Shown: positions 23,756 to 37,278 of the stretch, piece by piece | Numbering within the stretch: the stretch's first letter is position 1 | How the letters are laid out: every line of letters begins with the position of its first letter | Assembly: GCA_021613535.1 (NCBI GenBank) | Contig: CP075493.1 | Coordinates: forward strand, 2,790,001-2,854,000 | Direction: 5' to 3' | Length of the DNA stretch: 64,000 nucleotides | Source of the DNA: Adineta vaga | Lineage: Eukaryota; Animalia; Rotifera | Notes under the pieces: model-generated | Database searches by the model: none | Told to the model about the DNA's origin: nothing | What the model saw: the letters and a program-made list of their open reading frames with translations, nothing else | Made by a program: the position numbers and the translations under genes

Positions 23756-26700
23756 TCACATAATTGCGCAAAAGCGTTTTTGAGGATACATTTGATTTTC
23801 ATCGAATTCACCACCATCATAATTGCTAGGTAATTCAGGATGTGGACTTGGAAATACACCACCAATCTCGGGATTTATTGGTGTTGGAGTTACTTCCTCG
23901 TCACTAGGTCCTAACAGATTTGACCATTCACCAAATAAACTATCGACATTTTCATCTTGAAAGAATACATCAGCTTCAGTCTAGAATTAAAACAAACGAA
24001 AAGATCAGATCAATCACTTATATCCTCAATCTAACGTCCTAAAAATATAATCTCATAACTCCTGTTTTCTCGTTTTCACAATTGAATCGAATCTTACCAG
24101 ATCTTCTTTATCTTGATCAAGTTGACTAAAACAAATGCCATAAAACTGTTTTATTTCAATGACAAAAAACGAAGAAAATTGTACATACGCTTGATCTGCT
24201 TGTTTTTCAGTAAACATTCGGAGAAGAAATTTACCTGGTTTATCACTATCATATGTACTCGGTATAATAATATATGAACCAGGTGGTACACGAAAACGTT
24301 TAGTTACTTCTCGTCGATTAATGTATGATCCACTTGCACCAACTCGTTCCAATTGTGACATATAAAACTTTAAATTTCCTTGCTCGATATTTTCTTGTAC
24401 ATCAACATCATCTTTAATCTAAACATGAGAAAAAAAGAGCGCCTAAAAACCATTGTACTTTTTTCTTTTCTCGCAAGAATGACTAAGAATCCATTGTCCA
24501 AAAAACATGATCTACGCGATTTATATCCCATTGTTGAAGACATTCCATTGGAAAAGAAAAGTCAATTACAACTGACAAATCTGATAGAAAATAATGAAAC
24601 AGAAGAAAATCTAATTGATTTTATTCTTGTCTATGAAGAAGAAACATTGTCGGATAATATTAATGATATCAATCCTTTTCAACGTGCACAAAAAGCAATG
24701 AGAAAAAATTTCGAAGCAAATTTACAAAATTACGGACTGATATTAAATTATCGAACGATTCCTTTGAAATATCAACGACAACGAGTTTTCGTTTTAATTA
24801 CAACACCTTTTGAAAAACTACTTGAAATGGCTGAAATTACTCGTAAGTAAAAACTTATCAATCAAACAATTTTATTCTCTCAATTATTTAGGTACTTATT
24901 TACCTTTTGATCGTATTAATCCAATCTTACGACAATTACTCACATATCCATCGTTAACTTATGGTATACCTCAATTATTTCTTCCTAATTCAATCGTCTT
25001 TCAAGAAAATAATCAACGATCATCATATATTTTCTATCCGTATTCAAAACGATTACATAAGAAATTTGCACGATATTTCATTCAATCAAATTCACAAACA
25101 CTTCTCAAAACTCATACATTTACTATTGGTAAAAGAATTTCTAATCTAAATCTTCCTATCTAAACAATATTAGCACAACGAACACGTTTAACTTATGAAA
25201 TTCTTTCTCGTATGCCTCTCTTACCACCTGCAACAAAAAAACATCATTCAACTGTTCTTTCTCCTGATTTACGACGACTTTCTCCATTAAATCTTAGTAC
25301 AACAACATTTCAATCATTAAAAATACATGTACCATCTACAACAACATCACGAGCCAGTTTCAGTTCCATTCCACATGATGACATCATTGAAAAATTAAAT
25401 GATTCTCATCGACATCCAATCTTGAAAATTCTTTCCTCACATCAATACGCTTATGGAATAAATATTCTAATACAAATTGGAATCTATTCAACTGCCTATT
25501 CACCACATGAAGAATATAAGAAAAATTCTCGTGAAAATACTCGAAAATTACTTTATCTCTATTGGGCACAAATAAAACATGTAAACTATTCATTTGAAAG
25601 TTTTCATTCAATGATTTCTCAGTTAGATTTCAGATATTTAAAATTCAACCTATTGAATTAATACGTGCTTATTTTGGTGAAAATATTGCACTCTATTTTG
25701 TTTTTCTTGGATGGTATACATTTATGCTTTTATTACCATCAATTATCGGATGTTTCGTAGTCGTCTACTCAATTATCAATGTCTTTTTCGATATTCCAAC
25801 ATTGGAAACGTGTAATGGTAGGTTAAACATTCTCTACTCTATATACTTAAATGAAATACGATTTGATCAATTTATTTTAACTCATTCAGATTCCATTAAT
25901 CTCATAAAAATAAGTCTGGTATTCACCCTACTCTATTTCGAATGGACAGGCGATATATCTATAAATTTAGCTCATATGAATGTCAATCGAATTATAATCA
26001 AGATTATTTTATCAAATACATTTCAGGTGTCAGTATTAGTATGGAATATCTATGTCCTCAACGTACACGTAAGAAATATGTATCAATTGGAAATGATTGT
26101 CTTACAAAACGATTTAGTACAATATTTGATAATTATTCGACACAAATGTTTGGTGTATTTATGATCTTCTGGATTCTTTGTTTACGACGTTTTTGGCAAC
26201 GTTATTTAGCACGATTTCAATATCAATGGAGTGTTTGTACATATCTATTTTCAATAAATTCTATCCTTTTGTTTAACTAAACATTTCCTTTATTCTAGAT
26301 GAAGATGAACATCGTCATGAATTAACTCGATCATCATTTTTAATTCAATCGACACAAACAAAAATCAATCGTATTAATGGTATCGAAGAACCTTACATTT
26401 CTTTCTGGATTATATCTTTCTCTCGCTATTATCCTTTCTTGTTCTATTACTATTTCTTGGATTATCAACATTAAATATTGTTCTAATGTTATATATTCGT
26501 TTGAAATTATTTCATATATTCCATTCTATTCAAAATGAATTTGTCAAAGAAAATTCATTTATTATTATTAGTATCATAACTTCAACAATTTCCTTAATAA
26601 TTAGTGTGATACTTGATTTTATTTTTGGTTATATTGCTCATCGAATGACAGATTTCGAACGACATAGATATCAATCTGATTTCGAAGCAAGTTTAACTTT

Positions 26701-29700
26701 AAAATTATTCAGTAAGTTTCATATTCAATAGTTTTTCTTGATACATTTCCAATCGATATGATATTTACAATAGTTTTTGCATTTGCTAATTATTATTCTG
26801 TTCCAATCTATATTGCGTTTTTTAAACCATGGATACCATCATTACCAGGAAATCAAATAACGGGCGCAAAATCTTATTTTGTTTTTACAGAAAGATTAGA
26901 ACCATGTAATGATCTAACGGGATGTTCATATGAAATAAGTGTGATTTTATTAATTACATTGATTGGTAAACAATCAGTGAATGCAATCATTGAAATTATA
27001 ACGACAAAATTATCGAATTCGATAACTTATTTTCATTATCATAAGACAGAATTAAATCGACAACGATCATTTACATCATTGACAGGTAATCGAATAGAAG
27101 TTGTCTACGAAATTCGTATGTATAACTTCGATGTAAAGGAAAAAAAACTATTAGTATTAACTTATCCGAAAGATCTGGAATGTAGAAGGACGTGCCAGGG
27201 TGGCCGAGTGGTTAAGGCGTTGGACTTAAGATCCAATTCACAATAGTGAGCATGGGTTCGATCCCCATCCCTGGCAAATAACTTTTTTTTTCTCATTCCG
27301 TTCTGTATAGACATTACTGATGACGTCACTGACGAAGAAACATCTACCAGAGAACGAGAAACATGGGAAACAGATATCTACCTACAACGTCTTGGCCGCT
27401 GGCAATTATATAATGAGTAAAACTCGATCTCTTTTAATATATTTAATCATTGTCTTCTTTTTCTTTTTAAAAAAAGATATATCGAAATCATGGTACAATA
27501 CGGTTTTATTGCAATGTTTTCTATTGCTCTTCCAATTGCACCATTTCTCGCAATGATTAATAATCTATTCGAACTTCGTACAGATGCTAGTAAAATTTTA
27601 TTTGAATTTCGTCGACCATTTGGTGAACTTGCCTATACTCTTGGTATATGGGAGAAAATTTTCGATGCTCTATCCAAACTTGCCATTCTTGCGAATATAC
27701 TTTATCTATTAATCACATGTGATTTAATCTCAAAATTATTCTATATCTATATTGATAAGAATATTAGTTTAAAGAATTATATTAATTTTACATTATCATA
27801 TTTCTATATAAATGATTTGGATGATCATGATGAAATTTATCAAGGAAAACAATTAAATATTACATTTTGTCGGTATCGAGATTTTAGATATGATTATGGT
27901 AAATATTCTCTTTTCGATGAGATCTTATTTTGACTATTACGTTTTTCTTTCTCAAAACAATGTCGATTTGAACCGCATTGGAAAAATTTCTTGTTCCTTA
28001 TTCTATTGAATTCAATCTTTTTTTTAGATTCATCTTATAAATATCAATTAACATCAATCTATTATCAAATTCGAATGATTCAATGGCTATCGATCTTTTT
28101 CTTCGTAATATTTATAATTCTTATCTATTCGTATGTTATTTCATTTGATTTCTTTGTCTCAACTAAACCTTTCGTTTTAGTCTATTGCTGTTCTTTGTTA
28201 ATGATAAAACTCATATAATACGAGATTTACGTCATCAAGAAGAGATTCTTTCTGAACAAGAACTTTGGTCAGATATTCCCAATGTCTTACCTTAAAAACT
28301 CGAAATTGAACATAATCTTCACCTTCCACACCTTGAAGACGACGTTGTCGTGTTTCTTTTTGCATTAAAGCAATAATCATTGTACATAGATTTTCATCAT
28401 CACCATCATCAATAAAATTCAATCGAACTAAATACTGCGGATTTGTCCAATATTTTTCTAACGAGAGAAGAAAAAAACGTATTTGTTTTTCAAAATCAAA
28501 GGAAATTCATTCACTAAATGAAAACCTTTATTCGGTTGACCTGAACCACCGGCAGTCGATCCAGGAATCCATTCACCATGTAGTAATTCTTCATTCCATG
28601 TTAATTTATCATCCTAGAAACCAAAATATGAATAATTTTCAATCAAATAAATCATTTGATATATCAATTCATACTCGAAATAAATTATTCCATGAACAAA
28701 CACCAGCATCATCTTCAGTTGTTCCTAAACTAGCTGGTCCTCGATGACATATATGTAATTGATGAAAATTTGAAAAGAAATCATCAAAACTAATCCAAAA
28801 TTCTCCATCATGTAATGCATGTACACCTATTTCTTGTTTTTCTTCATCACTTATATCGTTCCATGCATCAGAACTAAAATGAAATTGAATATTTTCATTT
28901 TAGTTCATTTGTTTTCATACATACTTATCGGAATATTTCCCATTCCTGAAACAAAAACAAACAAAAAACTAAAATCTTTTTAATATTTATTTCAATTAAC
29001 TAACCATTCTGTTTCATTTCCCCATGGATCTAAATAAAAATACTTTGATTTAAATATAAAATATCTCGAGAGAGAAATTCATTTACTTAAACATCGAATT
29101 AATGTAACACTATTTCCATCAGTTGTAACATCAGCAACTCGTGTAATTGAATAAGCATGACCTAGATGAATCTTTCTTTCGATAAATTCTGTACAAATAA
29201 TTCTCAATTAGACAACCTTTAACAAGACCATTGGGAAGTTTCGCTTCAGTTATTCGTGGATCGGCAGTAATCGAGCATCCAAGCATGGATTTACGCAAAT
29301 AAGCTTGCCAAAGAACACGTTTTATTTGTTCTTTAAAATCTTTTGTTCCTGAAGGATTATTGATATCAAATGCTTCTTCAATTCCACCAGTCATATCAAT
29401 TAATGCATCAGTTGTAAAACCACCTTCCATTGCTTCATATGAACCACATAGTCTTTGAAAAATAAATAAAACAATAAAGAATAGATTTCGTCTATTTAAT
29501 TTAAGATATTCAAATACTTTGCATAGGCTTTTTCTAACAATGGTGCCCACATTTCATTTTTGTCTTTTTTATTTCGACAAAAAACAAGTCGACCATCGGA
29601 ATGAAATGGTAGTTGATCATCAACAACAACATCATACCATTGACCATATAACCAAAAACGAAAATGAAAGATACCTTTCGAAAAAAAAGAAGAAACAAGA

Positions 29701-30178
29701 AGTGAAAAATTTCATAGAAATATGATAAGTTTACCTGCATAGTTAGCTTCATCAAATGATTGATTTGTTGGAACAACACGTTGAAGTAAATCAGGATTGA
29801 GTGTTACAGCACCAGCACCAGCAATAAACCAACAATTACCTAAATAAAATCGATAATTTAATTGAAGAAACGATGAAACTATACCGATTTCGCCTTGATC
29901 AAGATCACCACGTTGAAAACCATCGATAACAAATTGAGGCTTTTGAAAGACTGTCTATTATGAAAAAGAAAACGAGAAATAAGAATGATCATTTGATTGA
30001 ATAAAAAGAATATTTCTACCGTTGGTCGATACCATTTGACATCAGTTAAACGTTTTCCTGTATGATAAATTGATTTATTCGTTGCTGGAAATTCTGAATC
30101 AACGAAAAGATTATTTGCATCATATTTCTTCTTAAGTGTTTCATAAACTTGATTTTTATATGGTCGAATATCACACAT
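23756..30178 (-). CDS. Calpain (CysPc + C2-like domain III, no penta-EF hand) ending in CaaX box CAIM; ~14 exons; 3872-bp intron 24419-28290 hosts the anoctamin gene
   Basis: [21 protein letters not shown] (Cys), GHAYS (His), RCLNPWG (Asn), [52 protein letters not shown]; last exon 23980-23756 ends QKRFCAIM*. Confidence 0.95.
24479..28295 (+). CDS. Anoctamin/TMEM16 family Ca2+-activated scramblase/channel, nested antisense in the calpain intron (~11 exons; apparent 1-nt deletion near 26427)
   Basis: [123 protein letters not shown]. An in-frame upstream ATG exists at 24425. Confidence 0.93.
27194..27276 (+). tRNA. tRNA-Leu (anticodon TAA), inside anoctamin intron 27086-27310
   Basis: GCCAGGG/CCCTGGC acceptor stem, A-box TGGCCGAGTGG, anticodon arm TTGGA-CTTAAGA-TCCAA, long variable arm, GTTCGATCC T-loop, followed by an oligo-T Pol III terminator. 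Confidence 0.97.
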
Positions 30179-31510
30179 ATTTAACTAGAGATTCTTTTCT
30201 TCTTCGTTGGTTAACTTAACTCGTATGTATATTATGCGTGAAAGCAATGAATCATCGACGTGATGATTGGTTCGCGCACATGTAGCTATGCGACTGTCCT
30301 TCTGTCAATTCTCATTAGAATTATATCACACATATACACACATACTTGATTAACAAAGAGGTCGACTGTAAACAACAAAAGAACATTTCACTTCTGTAAT
30401 TTTGTCGGATATTAGATCAAGCTGATCTTCGAAAGGTTTGATAATTCTTAATCAAGATGAAGTAGAATTTTTTTAGGACACACTTACAGGTCAATGCACT
30501 ATAGTTGGTTTCAAATGTGAACAAGTATATCTTGAGGCAAACGTTTGTTCGAATATATTAATATATCCTTAATATTTAATTAAAATGAAGATTATTTATA
30601 TTTTTTAAGGCGACTCTCGAAAGAAGAGTTAGTACTTGTGTAAATCATACATCATTCTACATTTTCTAGTAGAATAAATTCAGTTTTACAAAATCACGTG
30701 CGAATATTTAAATTATAAAAAAAAACGTATATTTCATAGATTGTTTGTATCAAACAGGTACATTGTACTGTATAAACATATTACTTTCTATACATTAATT
30801 ATATTTATAAATTAATTAAAAATGTAAACGAAAGAAAAACCTGTATCTAATTAATATACTTTCAATTAAATTACTATTTTAGATGATTATATCTTACTCC
30901 ATCTATATAGATTTCTTATGTATGGAATATTCGTTTTAACCAATGGAAAAATTCCAGTCGCCACAATCTGCTATTACATATATCAATCCTAGTAGCGCTC
31001 TTAATCAAAAATTCCCTCGATAAGATTGGTTCTCTTCCTGTGTGTTTTCAAGGTTGTTTTTTTCTTGTATTTCACATATACATTTGGTTTCTCTATCGAA
31101 TTTTTATTATAGCACATTACTTGAGTCAGATAAATGTTTATTTCATTTTTTTTTCTTCGACTCTTTACAACCAACAAAAAACAGATATCGATGTACCTTA
31201 TATTGCATCAATTTTTTCTTCCTTATTCTTTTTTTTTTCGGTAAAGCAGAGAGAGAGAGAAAAAAATCCGACAAGCATATCCGTAGCGTTCTTTTTTTTA
31301 CATCGATTTACGGTCAATCTATGTAATATGATTTTTTTTCTTTTTTGCGTTCGTGCGTCATTAATGGTAGAAGCGAGAGGTAAAAGAAAAAAAAGTTTCT
31401 TGTTTTTTTTCTTCTTACTTCGTTCTATGACCTTACCTTGAATGATTATTTTCACTTTTTTTTTAGATTGAAATTCTTCTCTCTTCTCAGTAGATAGGAT
31501 AATCTAAGCA

Positions 31511-31923
31511 ATGAAGTCATTAACAGTTACCTTAGCCGGTATTTTCTTAGTCTATGCAACAGTGATTACAACTGGTAAGGAAATTATATTGAATTATGCA
31601 AGATAATATGATCGGTTGCTTTTTTTTTGTCATTAGTCTATTGTGTTGATCTTCGTGGTCTTACATTAACAAAGGAAGAACGAATTGCTTTAACACGCGA
31701 TCATTTTAATCGTGATGATCCCGATGAATTACTTAATGGTTTCTTGCCTGTTTGGGCAGTTATTCAATTTTTAATTGCATGTACGTTCAAAAGATAAAAT
31801 ATTGATCTTTTTTCTCATTCGATCTATTTAGGCTTCTTCTTCGTCGTGGCTGTTCTCAGTTTCGTATGTTATATCGCAGGTTGTAAAACACCAGCAGAAG
31901 AACGAAACAAACGTATCAAATAA
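31511..31923 (+). CDS. Small (~99 aa) type I membrane protein, unknown family (3 exons)
   Basis: Signal peptide MKSLTVTLAGIFLVYATVITTVYC, short ectodomain VDLRGLTLTKEERIALTRDHFNRDDPDELLNG, TM FLPVWAVIQFLIACFFFVVAVLSFVCYIAGC, tail KTPAEERNKRIK*; canonical splice sites. Confidence 0.75.
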
Positions 31924-32800
31924 AAACCAATGCACAATGACGATTCTTTTCCTCTGTCTCTCTTTCTCTCATATTCTTTTCTTATCACTTCAAATTTCAA
32001 GTTTTTGTCAACTCCGAAGAATTTTTCAATCTGTCCCGTTATTTAATCAATGTCATAGTTCGATGTCTTTGTGTAGTAAATCAAACTAGTGCGTATTTCT
32101 TTTGTGCATTGTTTCTTTTACTTTTTTGTTTTAAAAAGTATTTTAGTTTGAATAAATATTTCGAATATTAATATTTTAGAAAAAGAAAAAGTAAGATTCA
32201 AGTATAATAATTAAGAATTTAAATATCTTGCTCGTTTATGCATATCATTCAAAATGGTTTCATGATACGAAGCTGTTTCGTTTATTATATCAGTTGTTAT
32301 TAGACTTGTTGAGAGACATGATGAAAAAATTTGAAGTATGCCAGCGGAGTTTATTTTATAAATAAACTAAGTTTTTCTATTGACTCTTACTAAATAAATA
32401 ATGATCTATTCAGTCTGTTCTAAATTTAACTATTGTACCATCTACATTCATGAAAAGGGATAAACGATCCACTTAAAATGCTTACGTTTTGCCTGAAAGA
32501 GAATTAAAGTACCTGATATTGTTCTTACGCTAGAAAGAAAGATATAATTCATAACTGTTCTGTATCATCAAATTCTTTTGCAGACGGTAAAATAGATTAT
32601 GTATTTCACTTCAAGCAAGTCGTATAATTTGAATATCTTAGTTACCATTTTATAAATGTCCTTCAATGATCATTTAGAGTTCATCTACATGTCAAAATAT
32701 ATCAAATGAAATGTTTAACATTTATTGAAATATAAATACAATGAAAATATATAACAGTTGAATATTCATTGTTTTCCTTCAAAAGAAAGACGAAAGGAAT

Positions 32801-34549
32801 TTATTTTCCATGTTGTATATCAACAATTAATGCAGCTAATCGTCTTTGTCGTCTTGTAAATCGTCGAAATAGTTTTCTATATGCTTCACGAAAACGTGGT
32901 TGAATAAATGGATATAGAATTGGATTGACAGTTGAATTAAGCCAGAGAAGCCAAAAAGCTGCTGAATATAATTGACCATTCGTGTCGGTTAGAATTTCAA
33001 TTGGAAAAATTCGTCCAACAACAACGACAAAGACATAGGGTAATAGAAATATCATAAATACGAGTACTAAAGTAAATAGTGATGTTGCCGCACGTTTATC
33101 TCGTCTTAAACGTCGAACAGTACGTTGTTCACCTGTACTAGTAGGTAGAGGACTAGCTGTTGGTGTTATTTGTGTATCTGATAGAGGTATCGTAGTAGAA
33201 TTATGACGCCAAACGATTATTGAATTATTTCTTGATTTCGATTTTTTTGTTGATAGAGATAATGTTTGAGTTGATTTCGATGAAAGATGTTCATTTCGTG
33301 AACTATTAGTTTGAATTGAATTTGGTAGGAGAACGTGTTTGAAACGTAAATAGATATTTGTTGATGGCCTCAAATCTGATTCAGTTGATGGAAGTGTTCG
33401 AAATTCAATAGAACCATCGTCATTTGGTATTTCATTCAATTCGCGACTTGGGGTTTGTCTTTCATCGATAAAGTGAATATTATTCTGCTAGAATATAGAA
33501 TATAATATATCAAGAAAGAAAGATAATATTTATATAATCGATTTACAAAAATAACTTCTAAAATAATGAGATATTCTACTGAAAGAATAAGGTCGATTTA
33601 TCTATTCTATTTCGTCGAAAATTACCTCTAAGTCTATTTTATTTATTAGATAACAGTTGGCTCCATTAACAACTGTCGTTGTTTGTACATCGTTGTTAAT
33701 CTGTTGTGTACGTTGGTGCAGCTGTTGTTGTTGTTGTTGCTGCATGTCTTCTGTTTCAATTTTCTGCCGATATTGTTCTCGTAATGAATTCGCACGATGT
33801 TGTTGTTGTTGTTGTTTATTTTGTGGTACTCGAAAACTCACAAAGCCAGCAAAACGATGTGATCGTTTATATAGATTAACAACAATAAGAACATTGAGAA
33901 CGATAATAACAACTAATGGCCAAGCAAAAAAATTTATTTGTGACATGATTAAATAAATTGTATTTGAATGATAAGCACCGATACATTCATATTTGTTTTC
34001 TGTCATGTTATGAATTGAAATGGATGATTTGTTTTGATTAGTCGGTTTTAATAACCAAATACCAGGTGCAAAATTAATAAATGGAATGAGCCATATTAAA
34101 ATGGAAACTATTCGTATACGAGTTTTAGTTGTATGCTGACGATAATGTACGCTATGATTAATACTCCAATAACGTTCAATTGTTATAGCAACAATAGAGA
34201 GAACACTAGCCATTGTCACAACATCATCAATTGTAATCCAAACTTTACAGAAAAGTTCTCCAAATGGCCATGAATTTTTCATTTGAGCATAACTAAGAAA
34301 ACAAAAACTGAATTTATTGATATTGATCAATGAAAAGAAAACTTACGCATAAAATGGCATACCAACAAGACCTACAAGTAGATCGGCAATTGCCATTGAT
34401 AGAAGGAAATTATTTGATGGTGTTAAAAGATGTGGATCATTACAAAAAGCAAATAGAACAACAAGATTACCCCCAACTGTTAACAAGATAATCAAAATAA
34501 TAGCAAAACAGACAGACAGAAATTCTATCGTTTGCCAAGAAAATGACAT
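32801..34549 (-). CDS. Aminergic class A GPCR, histamine H3/muscarinic-like (3 exons), poly-Q in third intracellular loop
   Basis: LTVGGNLVV, NNFLLSMAIADLLVG, WPFGELFCKVWITIDD (TM3 Asp), ITIERYW, RDKRAATSL, FWLLWLNSTVNPILYP. Confidence 0.93.
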
Positions 34550-37278
34550 AATTGATAATATTTGTCAAGGAGTTGTTTACAGGATAATTCTTTTTATTTT
34601 GTTAGAGACTATATATATTCACATCTAAAAGAACATGATAGAGAAGACTTACCAGATAGATTTATTATGTTCTCTATTAATTTGAAATGACAAGGAAAAT
34701 CAAAATATTAATATTATATACGTATATTCTATCTATTCATCTTCATCATCTTCCCCAAGTAATTGTTTGGGAAAAATAGGCTATATATTATTGAAGCATG
34801 CAATATAACTCACTTGAAATTCTAACCTAAAGACAAGGATGAGTGATTGAAAATACGAAGAAAACAAAGCAAATGCGAGCTATTGTTTTCTTTTTTTGAT
34901 TGATTTCTTCTTCTTTTTTTGTCTCGGTCGTCTCTCCTTTTTTTATCTTTATCCTGATCATCATGCCATCAATTTACGAGACACTATGGAAGCGACGAAG
35001 AAAGAAAAGTGACGGTGGCTAAGTCAACTAGAAATAATAGAGTAATAGGAGATATTCTTTCCCTTTTCTGTATAGTTGTTATACCTAAGGAGAAAGTCTG
35101 ATAGGATATATGTTTTAACAATGCAGATAACTGTTTGTTAATCGACAGAAATAAACATGTCTTATTCTTCCTTGGCATTACTATGCAACTACAAAATTTT
35201 GTCTATTAAGAAGGTTTTTCTTGGAAAATTCTGAATTTATAAGCAACTTACTTGAAAATTCTTCCACTTGAAGCATAAGAAAGAAGCTAAGATGATAATG
35301 ATAACTATAAATGAAATGGCAAAACAAAACATTGTTATCATGTTTTGTAATTATCAGAAGATTCTGTTTTGTTCTTCATGTAAAGAAATGACGGTTAAGA
35401 ACACATTCTTTCTTTTTTTTTTAATAATGCTACTGTCATTGGCAGATCATTTAGACATGATACTTTGCCTCCTGAAGAAAATGATAGTCGGATGATATAA
35501 ACAATATTATTTTCTATCTTACCTCTTTTTCTTCTTCTCTTTTCTCGATTTTTTTCATGGAAAAACTAAGTACGGATGTTAGAAAAATTAAACTATCCAT
35601 TTTCAACATATACTATGAATTAAAATTGTTCTTCTTTCTTCTTTTGTCATATTTTCTATTCTTATTATTGAATCGCCTCACTTCCTTTTTCTCTTTCTTT
35701 ACGAAGTACTCTCTTTCATGAAACTAGCAAGTATTTCTTGCATCATATCCGAATCTGATGCTTCAGTTAACGAATTCGAGCAAAGAAATCGTAACATAAT
35801 TGTTCTGTTTTTCAGTAAAATTCAGATTTAAATAGTTTCATTGACTAATCGAGATGTTCTATTTGTTGATGCGGAGAAAGAGAGAAAAACGTAATTAAAA
35901 GCAATTTTAAATTACTAATTAGTTCAACTGAGAAGTAAAGCAACAATATCATCGTTGAACATATCTCATCTTTCCAAACTTACATACAGAGAACACCGAA
36001 CACTAACATCATTTGTTTCGTATTTCATAACTTCATAAATGACATTTTCAAGTATACAAAAAAAACGGATATCTTATTCGTACTTATGTGCTAGACGATG
36101 TTGTATATTTTCTTATAAGTGACATAACTGAACAAACATCTCTTACATTTATAGAATGACTCTTGTTAAAGATGATATTCTTTTCAAGAAAAATCTTCAA
36201 GTAGTTTACAGTCTATTTATTAAAATGTCCTAGATTTTCTTCAAAACTATGATTGCAATTCTTTTCTTATTGAAACAATATGAGATAAAAGAATGTAACT
36301 AATCATTGTTAAGTAAATTTGGTTTTCTCGTCAACAAAACAAAAAAAGACTAATATGATTAAACGGAAAGACATTTCTATATATAAATAAATTCGAACTA
36401 TGAAAAGAAAACTATGATCGATCTTCTTGTATTTTCAATAAATTTTCATGAGAAAAACAATCATTTCGTTCAGATAATAGTTTGACAGTTGTTTTATTAA
36501 GAGAAGAGAAAATCAACGGCAACGATTGCTTTAAACTATTCGTTTTGTAATAATAGAATATCTAATGAATGCAATTCAATTTTCTTTTTTTCTAATGATT
36601 TTTCAATGAAATAGATACGATTAGAAATTCATTTAACGAGTCAATACTTTTGTTTTCCTAATAGCTATTTCATTACTTGTCATCTGTGAACGTTTTCGAA
36701 AGAAAAGAAAAAAATGAGTATCCGGTCGTAATGATAAGTGCCTTCGGATAATACAAACATTTGTTATTCGAAAATAGAAAGATTCTACTTAAAGTACATC
36801 TTTTATCTAGTAAAAAGAAAAAAAAACGAATGTGTGAACACGATTTATTCTATTCACTCAAGAATGTTTAACAATTATTATAAGTATTAAAGAAAATAGA
36901 TGGAAAATAATAGATATAATCTTTTACAATTGATGACATTCATGCAAATATATCTGTCATGTTGACATATAAATCAAAACGTTGCCAATGTCCCAGATGG
37001 TAAAATATATTTATTCAATTAGACAAAGAAGAGGAAAAAACTCATGTCAGAACGAACAGTGATTACTTAAGAAAGATCGCGTTTCTTACTAATTGATTTT
37101 TTTCAAAGACAATATATATATGTGTGTGTGTGTGTGTCTGCATGTTTGCTAAGAGAGTTATTTCCACCAAATGGATTACTATTTGTTAGAAGATAATATA
37201 TATATATATATTTGAATTGGAAGAGAAAGCAAGCTATTTTAGTGATTTATCAGAAGAAGAAAAGGAAAAAAAATAGAA

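Noticed and set aside
27086-27246. ORF-track extension of an anoctamin exon through the tRNA
   Set aside because: Read-through into the intron; a GT donor at 27086 and AG acceptor at 27310 restore the conserved anoctamin frame.
31040-31455. Phe/Lys-rich ORFs on both strands
   Set aside because: Poly-T/poly-A upstream sequence with no coherent protein features.
33657-33956. Plus-strand ORF with two poly-Cys runs (metallothionein-like look)
   Set aside because: Antisense of the poly-Gln tracts in the GPCR third intracellular loop.
34600-37250. 2.6-kb AT-rich interval
   Set aside because: No supported ORF, repeat array or element found; probably the upstream region of the aminergic GPCR.
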